Below are positions 37,655 through 50,668 of a DNA stretch of 64,000 bases, one piece after another. This DNA comes from Mustelus asterias. Taxonomy: Eukaryota. The position numbers were made by a program, and so were the translations under genes. The notes below the pieces were generated by a model. The model saw only the letters and a program-made list of their open reading frames with translations, did not search any database and was not told where the DNA came from. Numbering within the stretch: the first letter of the stretch is position 1; each line of letters begins with the position of its first letter. Where the stretch lies: the NCBI RefSeq assembly GCF_964213995.1, contig NC_135804.1, positions 93,558,001-93,622,000 on the forward strand, written 5' to 3'.

Positions 37655-38502
37655 ACAAACCCTCACACTCACACAAACACTCACACTCACCCTCTCTCTC
37701 ACACACACACACACTCACCCTCTCTCTCACACATACACTCACCCTCTCTCTCACACACACTCACCCTCTCTCTCACACACACACTCACCCTTTCTCTCAC
37801 ACACACACTCACCCTCTCTCTCACACACACACTCACCCTCTCTCTCACACACACACACTCACCCTCTCTCTCACACGCACACTCACCCTCACACACACAC
37901 TCACCCTTTCTCTCACACACACACTCACCCTCTCTCTCACACAGACTCACCCTCTCTCTCTCGCACACACTCACCCTCTCTCTCACACACACACTCACCC
38001 TTTCTCTCACACATACACTCACCCTCTCTCTCACACACACTCACCCTCTCTCTCACACACACGCTCACCCTCTCTCTCACACACACACTCACCCTCTCTC
38101 TCACACACACTCCCTCTCTCACACACACTCACCTTCTCTCTCACACACACTCACCCTCTTTCACACACACACTCACCCTCTCTCACATACACTCACTCCC
38201 TCTCTCACACACACTCACCCTCTCTCACACACACACTCACCCTCTCTCTCACACACACACTCACCCTCTCTCACACACACTCCCTCTCTCACACACACTC
38301 ACCTTCTCTCTCACACACACTCACCCTCTTTCACACACACACTCACCCTCTCTCACATACACTCACTCCCTCTCTCACACACACTCACCCTCTCTCTCAC
38401 ACACACACTCACCCTCTCTCACATACACTGACTCCCTCTCTCACACACACTCACCCTCTCTTTCACACACACACTCACCCTCTCTCTCATACACACACTC
38501 AC
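37655..38502. repeat. CA/CT minisatellite (~20-24 bp unit CACACACTCACCCTCTCTCT) embedded in a minus-strand SINE (37580-38638)
   Basis: Tandem units; SINE tail on the left (ATAGAATCATAGG..GGCCATTCAGCCCATC) and SINE body on the right (TATTTACCCTGCTA..CACATCTTTGGACTGTGG). Confidence 0.9.
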
Positions 38503-39094
38503 AAGGTATTTACCCTGCTAGTCCTTCATTTAGCATAGCCAATTCCCGCTGCACATCTTTGGACTGTGGAAGGAAACCGGAGCACCTGGAGGAAACCCAC
38601 GCAGACATGGGGAGAACGTGCAAACTCCATACAGGCAGTATACTGTAGACTGTATTTAGAACATATGGAAATAAACACTGTCGCATACTGTTAACTGAAT
38701 TTGCATTATCTAGCCCCAAACATTCATATCCAAATGGGTCTTCAGATGTAACAACCTCACTGAATTACATTGAATGAACCTTTCAGTTCTCTGTTGCGCA
38801 ATAGCCACTGACACCCAAAAGGAAATCACAAAGGCAACCTGCGCACTGCATCTGGTGATAGGCATCCATTTGTGACCACCTTTTACATTAGCAAAAATAA
38901 TAAAGTTTTGGAATAGCCGACAACTTAATTTGTTTTCACTCTTCGAATCTGTGGAGAATTGATATCGACTGCTTCTAATCACTGGACAATATATTAAACA
39001 ACAAAATAACTCAATGAAATAAACCTCGTCACCCATCACCAAAGAGAAATTTCCATCAGGTGCACAAGAGTTGAGGGCAAGGAGAATTTAATAG

Positions 39095-39945
39095 AAAGAT
39101 CATTTAGATCTGAAACGTTAACTGTTTCTCTGTCCGTAGATGCTGCCAGACATGCTGGGCGGGATTTTATGGCCTCGCTCGGGCGAGACCGAGGTCAACA
39201 GAGATTTCCGTTGTCGGAGCCTCGCCCATGCTGACTCCCTGGCGGGGGGGGGGGGGGGGGGGGGGGGCGGGGGGGGTGGCAGAGTTCCGGCCACTGAGTT
39301 TTTCCAGCATTTTCTGTTATTTCAGATTTCAAGCATTCGCAGTATTTTGGTTTCATCTGATAAATTTGTCATATTTCCTTTGCCCCTGACCTATCCCTGT
39401 TCTTCTATTCCACCCCACTTCCTCCACCCCCTTTCTAACTATATAATTCTGCGCATTTTTTGCTCCAATTCTGTGGGAGGATCAGTTAGACCCGAAACAT
39501 TAACTCTGTTTCGCTCCACGGATGCTGCCAGACCTGCTGAGTGTATCCAGCATTTTCTGTTTTTATTTCAGATTCCCAGCATCCGCGGTGTTTTGCTTTT
39601 ACATAAACAAAGAGCATTGGTCTTCACTGCCCATGTACGCTGCCACAGGAATGCAACTGGAAAACCTCAACATTTGATTAGCTTTAAAGACACAGCCATC
39701 ATTTTGTATCATGACAATACAGATTTGCTATTTTCAGACCTTAGCTTTCAGAGATAAAAACTGAAATTATACAGCATCTGTGGACACAAAAGAAAGGCTA
39801 AATTTTGAGGTTTAGATCCTCCATCAGAATTGACAAAATATCACCACCCAAAGATATTTTCTTTTAAAAAAAATAGTACTTTCTCTCTTTACAGATTTCC
39901 AGCATATCTGTTCTTATTTCACGGTTTCAACATTCGCAGTATTTT
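39095..39945. mobile_element. Cluster of older PLE pLTR remnants (39095-39345 +, 39470-39601 +, 39755-39830 -, 39830-39945 +) with a Harbinger MITE at 39157-39292
   Basis: GAAAC(G/A)TTAACT..GATGCTGCCAGAC..CCAGCATTTTCTG..TTTCAGATT..CAGCAT..GCAGTATTTT motifs related to family B; MITE ends GGGCGGGATTTT / TTCCGGCC, flanks GCT/ACT. Confidence 0.7.
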
Positions 39946-40011
39946 CTCCGTTTCTCTTTTAGATTTTCACTTCTGTTCACAAAATGTCAGTCTGTGCCAC
40001 TGTGCTGGTTA

Positions 40012-40302
<291 letters not shown>

Positions 40303-42107
40303 TTAAGGTTATTATCATCACAAATGAATATAAGCCATCTCGCACACAATCTCTGGTATATGATCACACTCTATTTGGCAGTTGATTGACTGGATAATTA
40401 TACGATGTATGATTGCATAAAGTTGACAAAATGTGAATAGAACCCAACAGAGGAGAAGAAAATTACTGCCAAGAAAGAGACTCCTTTTGTGAAAAAGACA
40501 ACCAACTAAAAATGGCTGAGACACTCAACAAAAAAAAATTGTTTAGTACATTTCCTTAGAAAGGAATCTAGAATGAGGGAAGCTAAACTGTGCAGGCAGG
40601 AATGTAATTATACTCAGAGCAGAGGTGGCAATACACAATACTCTGTATTGAAGAAGCTAATCTCAGTTTGGTTATTAATGAAGGCACTCCAGTTGGTCGC
40701 CCTGATGAGAAAGGGGAAAAATGAAAAAGGTCACTGCTCCCAATTCTTGTCCGATGAAAGAGTGTGTATGTAAATACCTGCCACGTGTAAATAACCTGTC
40801 AGGGTTCAACGTGAATAACAACCATTTAAGTGAGGTATTGGAGAGTGACTAGCTTCCCAGCAAGGAGTCAATGCCTCAGCTGAAGAGAAGGGAAGGGAGA
40901 ATGAGTAAAATGTCATCTAAAAGAAAGCGGATGAATGCAAAAATAGACAATGAAGTATGAGCGGTTCGTATCACCTAACCCAAATGGATAAACTGATCAA
41001 ATCTTTAACTTAGCCAGAATTATCTAATTCCTTTTTGGATGAGAGATTTTAGTCAGTGCATTAGCTGCCAGTCTATTCCAAACGTCAAAGATTAAACTGA
41101 CCAACATCTGCTGCTTGGAGGTTCCTGCAGCTTCCAGTCCTTTGGTGCTGTCTGTTCAATTTGCACAGCAAAACTACAGTCTCAATTTTCTCCATTACTT
41201 TTAAATCTTAGACCATACCCACTGCTAATCTTTAATTCTAAAAAAATCTTCCATTCTTCGAGCAGCTCAAAGGGCTTCTGACTTCGCAAGATTTTCAAAC
41301 CGGAAAGCTTTTAATGAAAACAATGACACTGAAATACATTTGTGCCTAAAAACAGACAGACAGACAGGGATTGCGAGGATTGATCCCTGCTCCTGAATGA
41401 GTTGGTGCGTGTAATATTGGACTTGGGTCTCATTAACTTAGAGCCAGTGAGCTGTGAACACCAAACAAACATTGCCAGGGTGCCCACTGAATGACTCAGA
41501 AATTGGGCTTCTATAATGCCAGCTGCCGTCACGGTGGTTGGGAGGATAGCAGTGAGCGGGCGGATGGGTAGCGTTGGCTGTGATTAAGAGGATGCCTCGC
41601 ATTCACGGTGACTGGGGAAGTTTGGGGTCAAGTTCATCGTTATGAGGATAGGGTGTGACCAACTGCAGTCTGAATGACTTGAATGTGGAGCTGGAAGGAG
41701 TAGTGTGCTGCTCCTCCATCCTCAGTACATTCTAAACCAGGCTCGTCCAACTTTTTCCCACTGGGGGCGGGGGGGCGAATACATACATTTTTCTCATGCT
41801 GTCAGGTGGGGGAGGGACAAAATGAGCAAATTCTGGAAAAGTAAAGTTCCACAACATTAAACATGAATTCCAAAGGAAAATGCTGATGTATGAAAAGAGA
41901 TAACTTGCTGAGCAAAAAAAAGTCACACCAATAAATTGATAATCAAAAAATGGGTAATAAATAAAGATGAGTGTGAAAGAGAGAGTGTGTGTGTCCAGCT
42001 CACTCCCAGTCCCAGGGTGTTCACTCACTGACCCTCTGAAGGAGCCTGTTAGTGTGACGGGTGGGGATAATAATAATAACCCTGAGACTGGGAATCTTTC
42101 TCTTACA

Positions 42108-45100
42108 AACACACACACTCACCCTCTCTCCCACACTCACCCTCTCCCTCACACACACTCACCCCCTCTCACACACACTCACCCCCTCTCACACACACTC
42201 ACCATCTCTCTCATACACACACTCACCCTCTCTCACACACACTCACCATCTCTCTCACACACACATTCACCCTCTCTCACTCACACACTGACCCTCTCTC
42301 TCACACAAACTCACCCTCTTCTCACACACACACTCACCCTCTCTCTCACACACACACTCACCTCTCTCTCACACACACATTCACCCTCTCCTCACACACA
42401 CAGACTGACCTCTCTCACACACAACCTCACCACTCTCTCACACACACCCCCTCACACCACAACACCCCACACACACCTCACCCTCACACACACACCACCC
42501 CTCACCCCACACACACCACCCTCCTCTCACACACACTCATTCACCCTCTCTCACACACACCCCCCTCTCTCACACACACTCACCCTCTCTCTCACACACT
42601 CCCCTCCTCACACACACACCCTCTCTCTCACACACACTCACCCCTCTCTCACACTCACCCCTCTCTCACACACACACTCCACCCTCCCCCTCCTCACACC
42701 CACACTCACCCTCTCTCTCTCTCACACACTCACCCTCTCTCACACACACCTCACCCTCTCCACACACACTCACCCCTCCTCTCACACACACTCCACCCTC
42801 CTCTCACACACACCTCACCCCCTCACCCTCACACCTCTCCCTCACACTCACCCTCTCTCACACACACACTCACCCTCTCTCACATCACACACCTCACCCT
42901 CTCTCACACACACATCACCCCTCCACACACACACTCACCCTCACTCTCACACTCACCCTCTCTCTCACACAGACATTCACCCTCTCTCTCACACACTCCC
43001 CCTCTCTCTCACACACACCCACCCTCTCTCACACACACTCACCCTCTCTCACACACACACCCCTCTCTCACACACACACTCACCATCTCTCTCACACACA
43101 CACTCACCCCTCTCTCTCACACTCACACTCACCCTCTCCCTCACACTCACACTCACACTCACCCTCTCTCTCACACACACACTCGCCCTCTCTCTTACAC
43201 TTACACTCACCCTCTCTCTCACACACACACACACCCTCTCACACACACACTCACCTTCTCTCTCACACACACTCACCCTCTCTCACACTCACACTCACCC
43301 TCTCTCAGAAACACTCACCCTCTCTCTCACACACACACTCATCCCCTCTCTCTCACACTCACACTCACCCTCTCTCTCACACACACACTCTCCCTCCTCT
43401 CTCACACACTCACCCTCTCTCTCACACACACTCATCCTCTCTCACACACACACTCTCCTTCTCTCTCACACACACACTCACCCCCTCTCACACACACACA
43501 CCACCTCTCACACACACACCTCACCCCCTCTCACACACACACACCTCCTCTCACACACACACTCACCCCCTCTCACACACACACACCTCCTCTCACACAC
43601 ACTCACCCCCTCTCACACACAAACACTCTCTCTCTCACACACACTCACCCTCTCTCTCTCCCACACTCACCCTCTCTCTCACACACTCACCCTCTCTCGC
43701 ACACTCACACTCACCCTTTCTCTCACACACACTCACCCTCTCTCTCACACTCACACGCACCATCTCTCACACACACTCATCCCCTCTCTCTCACACTCAC
43801 ACTCACCATCTCTCTCACACACACGCTCACCCCCTCTCTCTCACACTCACACTCACCCTCTCTCTCACACACACACTCACCCTCTCTCTCACATACACAC
43901 TCACCCTCTCTCTCACACACACATCACCCTCTCACACACACACTCACCTTCTCTCTCACACTCACCCTCTCTCTCACACAGACATTCACCCTCTCTCTCA
44001 CACACTCCCCTCTCTCTCACACACACTCACCCTCTCTCCCACACTCACCCTCTCCCTCACACACACTCACCCCCTCTCACACACACTCACCCCCTCTCAC
44101 ACACACTCACCATCTCTCTCATACACACACTCACCCTCTCTCACACACACTCACCATCTCTCTCACACACACATTCACCTCTCTCACTCACACACTGACC
44201 CTCTCTCTCACACAAACTCACCCTCTCTCTCACACACACACTCACTCTCTCTCACACACACTCACCCTCTCTCTCACACACACATTCACCCTCTCTCACT
44301 CACCACACTGACCCTCTCTCACACNNNNNNNNNNNNNNNNNNNNNNNNNNNNNNNNNNNNNNNNNNNNNNNNNNNNNNNNNNNNNNNNNNNNNNNNNNNN
44401 NNNNNNNNNNNNNNNNNNNNNNNNNNNNNNNNNNNNNNNNNNNNNNNNNNNNNNNNNNNNNNNNNNNNNNNNNNNNNNNNNNNNNNNNNNNNNNNNNNNN
44501 NNNNNNNNNNNNNNNNNNNNNNNNACACACACTCACCCTTTCACACACAAACACTCACCCTCTCTCTCTCCCACACACTCACCCTCTCTCACACACACAC
44601 TCACCCTCTCTCACACACACTCTCCCTCTCTCTCGCACACACTCACCCTCTCCTCACACACACACTCACCCTCTCTCACACACACACACTCACCCCCTCT
44701 CACACACACACACTCACCCTCTCCCTCACACAAACACCCACCCTCCTCTCACACACACCACCCCTCTCTCACACACACACACTCACCCTTTCACACACAC
44801 ACACTCACCCTCTCCCTCACACAAACACCCCCTCTCTCTCTCACACACACACCCACCCTCTCTCTCACACACACACACTCACCCTTTCACACACACACAC
44901 ACTCACCCTCTTTCTCACATACACACTCGCCCTCTCTCACAAACACTCACCCCATCTCTCACACACACACTCTCCCCTCTCTCACACACACACCCACCCT
45001 CTCTCTCACACACACACACTCACCCTTTCACACACACACACTACCCCATCTCTCACACACACACTCTCCCTCTCTCACACACACACCCACCCTCTCTCTC

Positions 45101-46407
45101 ACACACACACACTCACCCTTTCACACACACACACTCACCCTCTTTCTCACATACACACTCGCCCTCTCTCTCACAAACACTCACCCCATCTCTCACACAC
45201 ACACTCTCCCTCTCTCTCACACACACTCTCCCTCTCTCTCGCACACACTCACCCTCTCTCTCACACACACACACTCTCTCTCACACACTCCCCCTCTCTC
45301 TCGCACACACTCACCCTCTCTCTCACACACACACACTCTCTCTCACACACTCACCCCATCTCTCACACACACACTCTCCCTCTCTCTCACACACACTCTC
45401 CCTCTCTCTCGCACACACTCACCCTCTCTCTCACACACACTCACCCTCTCTCTCACACACACTCACCCTCTCTCTCACACACACTCACCCCTCTCTCACA
45501 CACACACACTCACCCTCTCTCTCCCACACACTCACCCTCTCTCTCCCACACACTCACCCTCTCTCTCACACACACACTCACCCTGTCTCTCACACACACT
45601 CACCCTCTCTCTCACAGACACTCACTCTCTCTCTCACACACACACTCACCCTCTCTCTCACACACACACTCACCCTGTCTCTCACACACACACTCACCCT
45701 GTCTCTCACACACACTCACCCTCTCTCTCACACACACACTCACCCTGTCTCTTACACACACTCACCCTCTCTCTCACATTCACTCTCTCTCACACACACA
45801 CACTCACCCTCTCTCTCACACACACTCACCCTGTCTCTCACACACACTCATCCTCTCTCTCACAGACACTCACTCTCTCTCACACACACACAGTCACCCT
45901 CTCTCTCGCACACACACACAAACACTCTCTCTCTCACACACACTCACCCTCTCTCTCTCACACACTCACCCTCTTTCTCACACACATGTACACAGCACTC
46001 TGTCTCTCACACACACACATTCAAACAGTCTTCTGTCTGACACACTCCGCCCTCTATCTCTCTCACACACAGACACAGAGCCCTCTGTTTCTTTCAGGCA
46101 CACACACACTGACAGCCCTCTATCCCTTACACACAGCCCTCTATCTTTCTCTCTCCACACACACCCACACGCACATCCAGCCTTCTGTCTCTTTCCGATG
46201 CACACACACACGCAGACAGCTCTCTGTCTCACACACACAGCCCTCTATCTCTCCCACTCTCTCTCTCTCACACACACACACACCCACAGCCCTCTGTGTC
46301 TGTCTCTCTCTCTTTCTCACACACACACACGCGCGCATACAGCCCTCTGTCTCTTTCAGGTGCACACACATACAGACAACCCCCTGTCCCTCACACACAA
46401 CCCTCTA

Positions 46408-46438
<31 letters not shown>

Positions 46439-46524
46439 GACACAGACTCACACACCCCTCATTCTCTTTCAGGTGCACATACACACATACAGACAACTCT
46501 CTGTCTCTCACACACAGCCCTCTG

Positions 46525-46560
<36 letters not shown>

Positions 46561-46562
46561 AG

Positions 46563-46595
<33 letters not shown>
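42108..46595. repeat. Large CA/CT minisatellite array (CACACTCACCCTCTCTCT-type), grading into ACAGCCCTCT variants after ~45990
   Basis: Direct inspection; spans the assembly gap. Confidence 0.95.
44325..44524. other. Assembly gap (200 N)
   Basis: Run of exactly 200 N, probably a fixed-size scaffolding gap. Confidence 0.99.
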
Positions 46596-46872
46596 TGATG
46601 CGCAATTGATTCACACGGGAGGCTAGGACGTACCCGGGAATAAAGGCATTTATTCAAACAAGATTGGAGCACACTACTTAACAATACTATCCCAGACTAA
46701 GGGCTACTAGGAAGTAGCTGTGACCTTTATACTCCTGTAAGAAGGCGGAGCCGAACGGAGTGTACCACATAAACAATAATAACAGGTGGAACACCCAAAC
46801 CCTAACCCCAACAGTAACAAGAGTAACATATGTACAAGTACCCATAGTGGTAACCATCTATGGTTCACCACA
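46596..46872 (-). mobile_element. Short solo LTR (277 bp) inserted in (CA)n
   Basis: TG...CA termini with TGATG/CACCACA near-inverted ends; CACAC on both sides; TATAAA (~46726) and AATAAA (~46648) on the minus strand. Confidence 0.75.
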
Positions 46873-47354
46873 CACACACAGCCCTCTCTCTCACACACAC
46901 ACGTATACACCTCAGTAACAGTGAACATTAGGTCAATCACATACTTGGATTGGATATTTACAGTAATAATGATGTAAGTAATCCACTTGATGGGTGCTCA
47001 TGCTCCAGTATTGCTATGACAAATTAGAATATGCTATAACAGACCATCGCCATTGAAAATCCACCTACTGCGTGGTTCAGGGACTCTGTATTTGTGTAAG
47101 CCACTCACTCTCACTCTCCCCTTTCACTTTCACCCCCTCTCACTCCTCTGGCTTCACACTCATTCACCCACACTCACTCATTCACCCACACTCACTCATT
47201 CACCCACACTCACTCATTCACCCACACTCACTCACCCCTCTATAATACAACCTGGGTTAGATTTGATGAGAGTGAGAGAGAGCCCTGGAGTGAAGCCTGA
47301 TGCCTAGCGATGCCCGGACACAGTTGCTCATGGAGGGGAGGGCTGAGAGCCAGG

Positions 47355-47955
47355 AGAAGTTGTGAAGAACTAGACGAATGCAGCGAGTGTGAGGTGCTAC
47401 ACTTTGGGAAGATTAATTTGACAAGGATATATTCAATGACTGGCATGACACTGGAAAGTCCTGCGGAACAAAGGGATCTTGGTGCGTTTGTCCCCAGATC
47501 TCTGAACATTTATTTAAGTTATGAAGAGAGATTAGATAGACTTTAGTTTTCTTCATTGGAGCAGAGAAGACTAAGGGGTGACCTGATCAAGTTGTACAAG
47601 ATTATGAGGGGCAAGGACAGGGTAGATAGGGAGCAGCAATTCCCCTTAGTTGAAGGATAGGTCACAAGGGGACACAGGCTCAAGGTGAGGGGCAGGAGAT
47701 TCAGGGTGGATGTGAGGAAAATCCTTTTTACCCAGAGGGTGGTGACAGTCTGCAATGCGCTGCCCGGAAGGGTGGTGGAGGCGAGTTGCTTCACATCCTT
47801 TAAAAAGTATCTGGATGAACACTTGGCACATCACAACATTCAAGACTATGGGCCAAGTGCTAGTAGATGGCGTTGGATAGGTAGGTCAGGTGTTTCTCAC
47901 ATGTCAGTGCAGACTCGATGGGCCAAAGGGCCTCTTCTGTACTGTGAGATTCTGA
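47355..47955 (+). mobile_element. CR1 LINE 3' fragment with HE1-type tail
   Basis: CEVLHFGKIN, SYEERLDRL, FTQRVVTVCNALPGRVVEA; tail GCAGACTCGATGGGCC..CTGTACTGT shared with the SINEs. Confidence 0.85.
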
Positions 47956-49577
47956 GAGAACCTGTGGAAAGTGGCTGGAGCCATGGGAAATTGGGGTGAG
48001 CGGAGGCACCACAGGCTCCAAAATCTCTCTTTCCCCTTTCTCTCCACATACTCCCAGTTGCCAGTTCACTGCTCCTCCAACCACAACCTGCTTCTCTCCC
48101 ATGTTTGCTGCTGATTAGCAAACATCGGAGAGAACCAGGCTGTGATTGGAAAAACAGTCCGCTGCAGAAACCTTCAAACTCACTGAGCTATCTTAGCAGC
48201 ATCTTCAACAATTGCTTCACCAGCCACAATGCGGCCCCCAGGCTGTGGGTTAGACAAGCTTGATCTAATCATTAACATTGTTGGCTGCAGCCTGCAATGC
48301 TCCTTTTTTCGCCTACACCTTTATGTCAGGCGGTGACGTTCCAGCTTGTAATAAGCATGTGCTTCAAGTCCACCATATTACCAACTTAAGTGCCAGTATG
48401 GGTCAAAGCAATAGGTGCAGAGCTGTGCAATATTCTTGGCCAATGGCGAGAAGTGGGCTGGTCCATAAAATGGCTTATTCTCCAGTGGTAGCACAAGAAA
48501 CTTTCCTTGCAGTAGAGGAAGGGTTCTTTCTTTTAGCTGTGATTGCTGAAGCCCTGACGAGCAGCGTGGAAAGGAATGAGAGGAAATGGTCACCATTTTG
48601 AATGTTACCTGCATGACAACATATCCAGGACCACTGCAGAAAAATGTTCAACGGCATTAATGAATAATAGTTTATTGGGATAAGAAAGAAAGTTCTCGTA
48701 TAGAATGCTTTCTCTCAAGTCTACATGTCTCCCATGTCTTTTACTAATGTGCTTTTCATTTTCAAGTATTGCTGCAATCTCCGTAGAGACTAATATCTTT
48801 TAAAGAGATTCAAACTTCCAGCTATTTTCTGGAGGTATGACATGACAAGATTTCATATTTTAAAACTTTTACTGGAACATACGACTAGTAAAACACTACT
48901 GACCAAGTACTATTTTCTTTTTGTTGGCAGCTCATACTTTAAATTACAGAAAGGAACATTCCTTTTATATTTATCACCCATCACACTCTCCATGGAATTA
49001 CAGTCCTTTTAACAAACAGGCTACAATTGCTCTCGGCTTCCAATGGGTTTGCCTACCCCATTTCAACAAGTAGTAACTTCACGTGACCATCCAAGGATTT
49101 TCCTCCATTTTGGGAGAGTTTCTTAAATCCACCATTAGCAGTAAAGCCTATTCTGATCATTCTTCTTCCTCTTGGTCATGCCAGGATGAATCTCCTAGAA
49201 TCCTTAAATGGCTGCAGGAAATGTCGCCTCATCTAGAGACTCTCTCTCTCCTGCAATCGGCTGTGGTTGCTTGTAAAGCCAATTAACCGCTTCTCTCTGG
49301 TTAGAACTGCTGTCGGTCTGAGATGTACGTTGATTTGTAGGGAAAACTGTAACCTGATTTGTAGGGAAACCTGTAACCTGATCTCAAGAATAGCTTTCTC
49401 TACCCTACTTCCCATGGTAATGTGAAACACATTAACCTTGGATCGGGGTAGAAATGCCAATTGCTATTCTTGATCCCAATTCCCTTTCATCCTAGAAGCA
49501 AATGAGCAGCTTATAACACAACTGTTCACAACTCAGTATCTTCAACATCTGTCTAGGACTTCAAGAGACTCCCCTAG

Positions 49578-50668
49578 TGTCAGAAAAACCTAATAAATTG
49601 TAATATTTTTCTGTCATATTTTTTTGGTTGTTAAAGCAAGGGATAGAGTGACTGTATGAATCGAAGCTGTGGGTTTGATATGGTGATGAGCCCAGAAATA
49701 CTTAAAACAGAACATAAGATACCTTTGTAGAATATTTACAAACAGGAGTAGATTTGATTGGGTTGTTGTGGTACAAAGGAGAAGATACGCAGGGTGGAAA
49801 AGACAGGTGTCATAGGTAAAGTATGGATAGAGTGAGTTTACTTTTCTTTTAATTTCTAAGAGTTAAAGTACAGAAATGAAGTTCATCAATTTCGAGAGAG
49901 AGCATTTCTAAAGAGACAATGGAGAGATCAAAGGGAAATAATTTATTTTAAGGAGAAAGTGAATCTTCTTAGATCTCATCAGACAGCAGGAATGACTGGT
50001 CAAACTCACAAAGTAAGAACTTTAACAACACCAGGTTAAAGTCCAACAGGTTTATTTGGTAGCAAAAGCCACACAAGCTTTCGGAGCTCCAAGCCCCTTC
50101 TTCAGGTGAGGGGCTTGGAGCTCCGAAAGCTTGTGTGGCTTTTGCTACCAAATAAACCTGTTGGACTTTAACCTGGTGTTGTTAAACTTCTTACTGTGTT
50201 TACCCCAGTCCAACGCCGGCATCTCCACATCAAAACTCACAAAGCCAGAGCTGTTAACTTAGCTGTTGTTAACCTCAGAGGGAAACCACAACAGAGAATT
50301 AAAGGCACTGTGTGGTAAAAATTATTAGACTTTTATAGATCTTAAAATCTATAATGATTTGCTGAACAGATAGGGGGGAGATTAGCTTTGAAAGTAGCTA
50401 AATTAAGATTGTGTGGAATTGTCCTAAAGTATTAGTACTGTGTGAAGCCATTGTGGTGTTTTCAGTGTAATTCTATGTTCTGTTCTATTTCTTAATAAAC
50501 ATTTAGTTTACTATAAAATAATCACAAGTAGTCAGGGACATCATTTCTGGACTTCAACACCACTCCTCATACTATACAAATTGCAAAACAAATGTGAAGA
50601 CAGTTGGCTTCAACTTCCCCTTCTGGGATTTGAGCAGCTCAGTATATACCACCAGCCATGTCTTAACA
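49578..50668 (+). mobile_element. Probable solo LTR hosting a PLE palindrome
   Basis: Ends TCTTAACA; AATAAA ~50494; candidate start TGTCAG with flanks CTAG/CCAG. 5' boundary uncertain. Confidence 0.4.
50012..50232. mobile_element. Fold-back PLE mini-element, family A
   Basis: Arms 50012-50098 / 50109-50195, 10-nt spacer, 37-nt tail 50196-50232; TSD AAACTCACAAAG (50002-50013, 50233-50244); intact HHR motif 50072-50108(-). Confidence 0.9.

Larger units (their letters stand above)
41738..48262. mobile_element. hAT (Charlie-like) non-autonomous element swollen by internal repeats
   Basis: TIRs CAGGCTCGTCCAAC / GTTAGACAAGCTTG (11/14); 8-bp flanks TTCTAAAC / ATCTAATC (6/8, NTCTAGAN-like); subterminal ATGCGGCCC motif. 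Confidence 0.65.

Noticed and set aside
41967-44198. 743-aa His/Thr/Leu/Ser-rich ORF (also 37517-38538)
   Set aside because: Translation of a CA/CT minisatellite that lacks stop codons by composition.
48278-48657. Short overlapping ORFs in unique sequence
   Set aside because: No recognisable domain or splice-supported frame.
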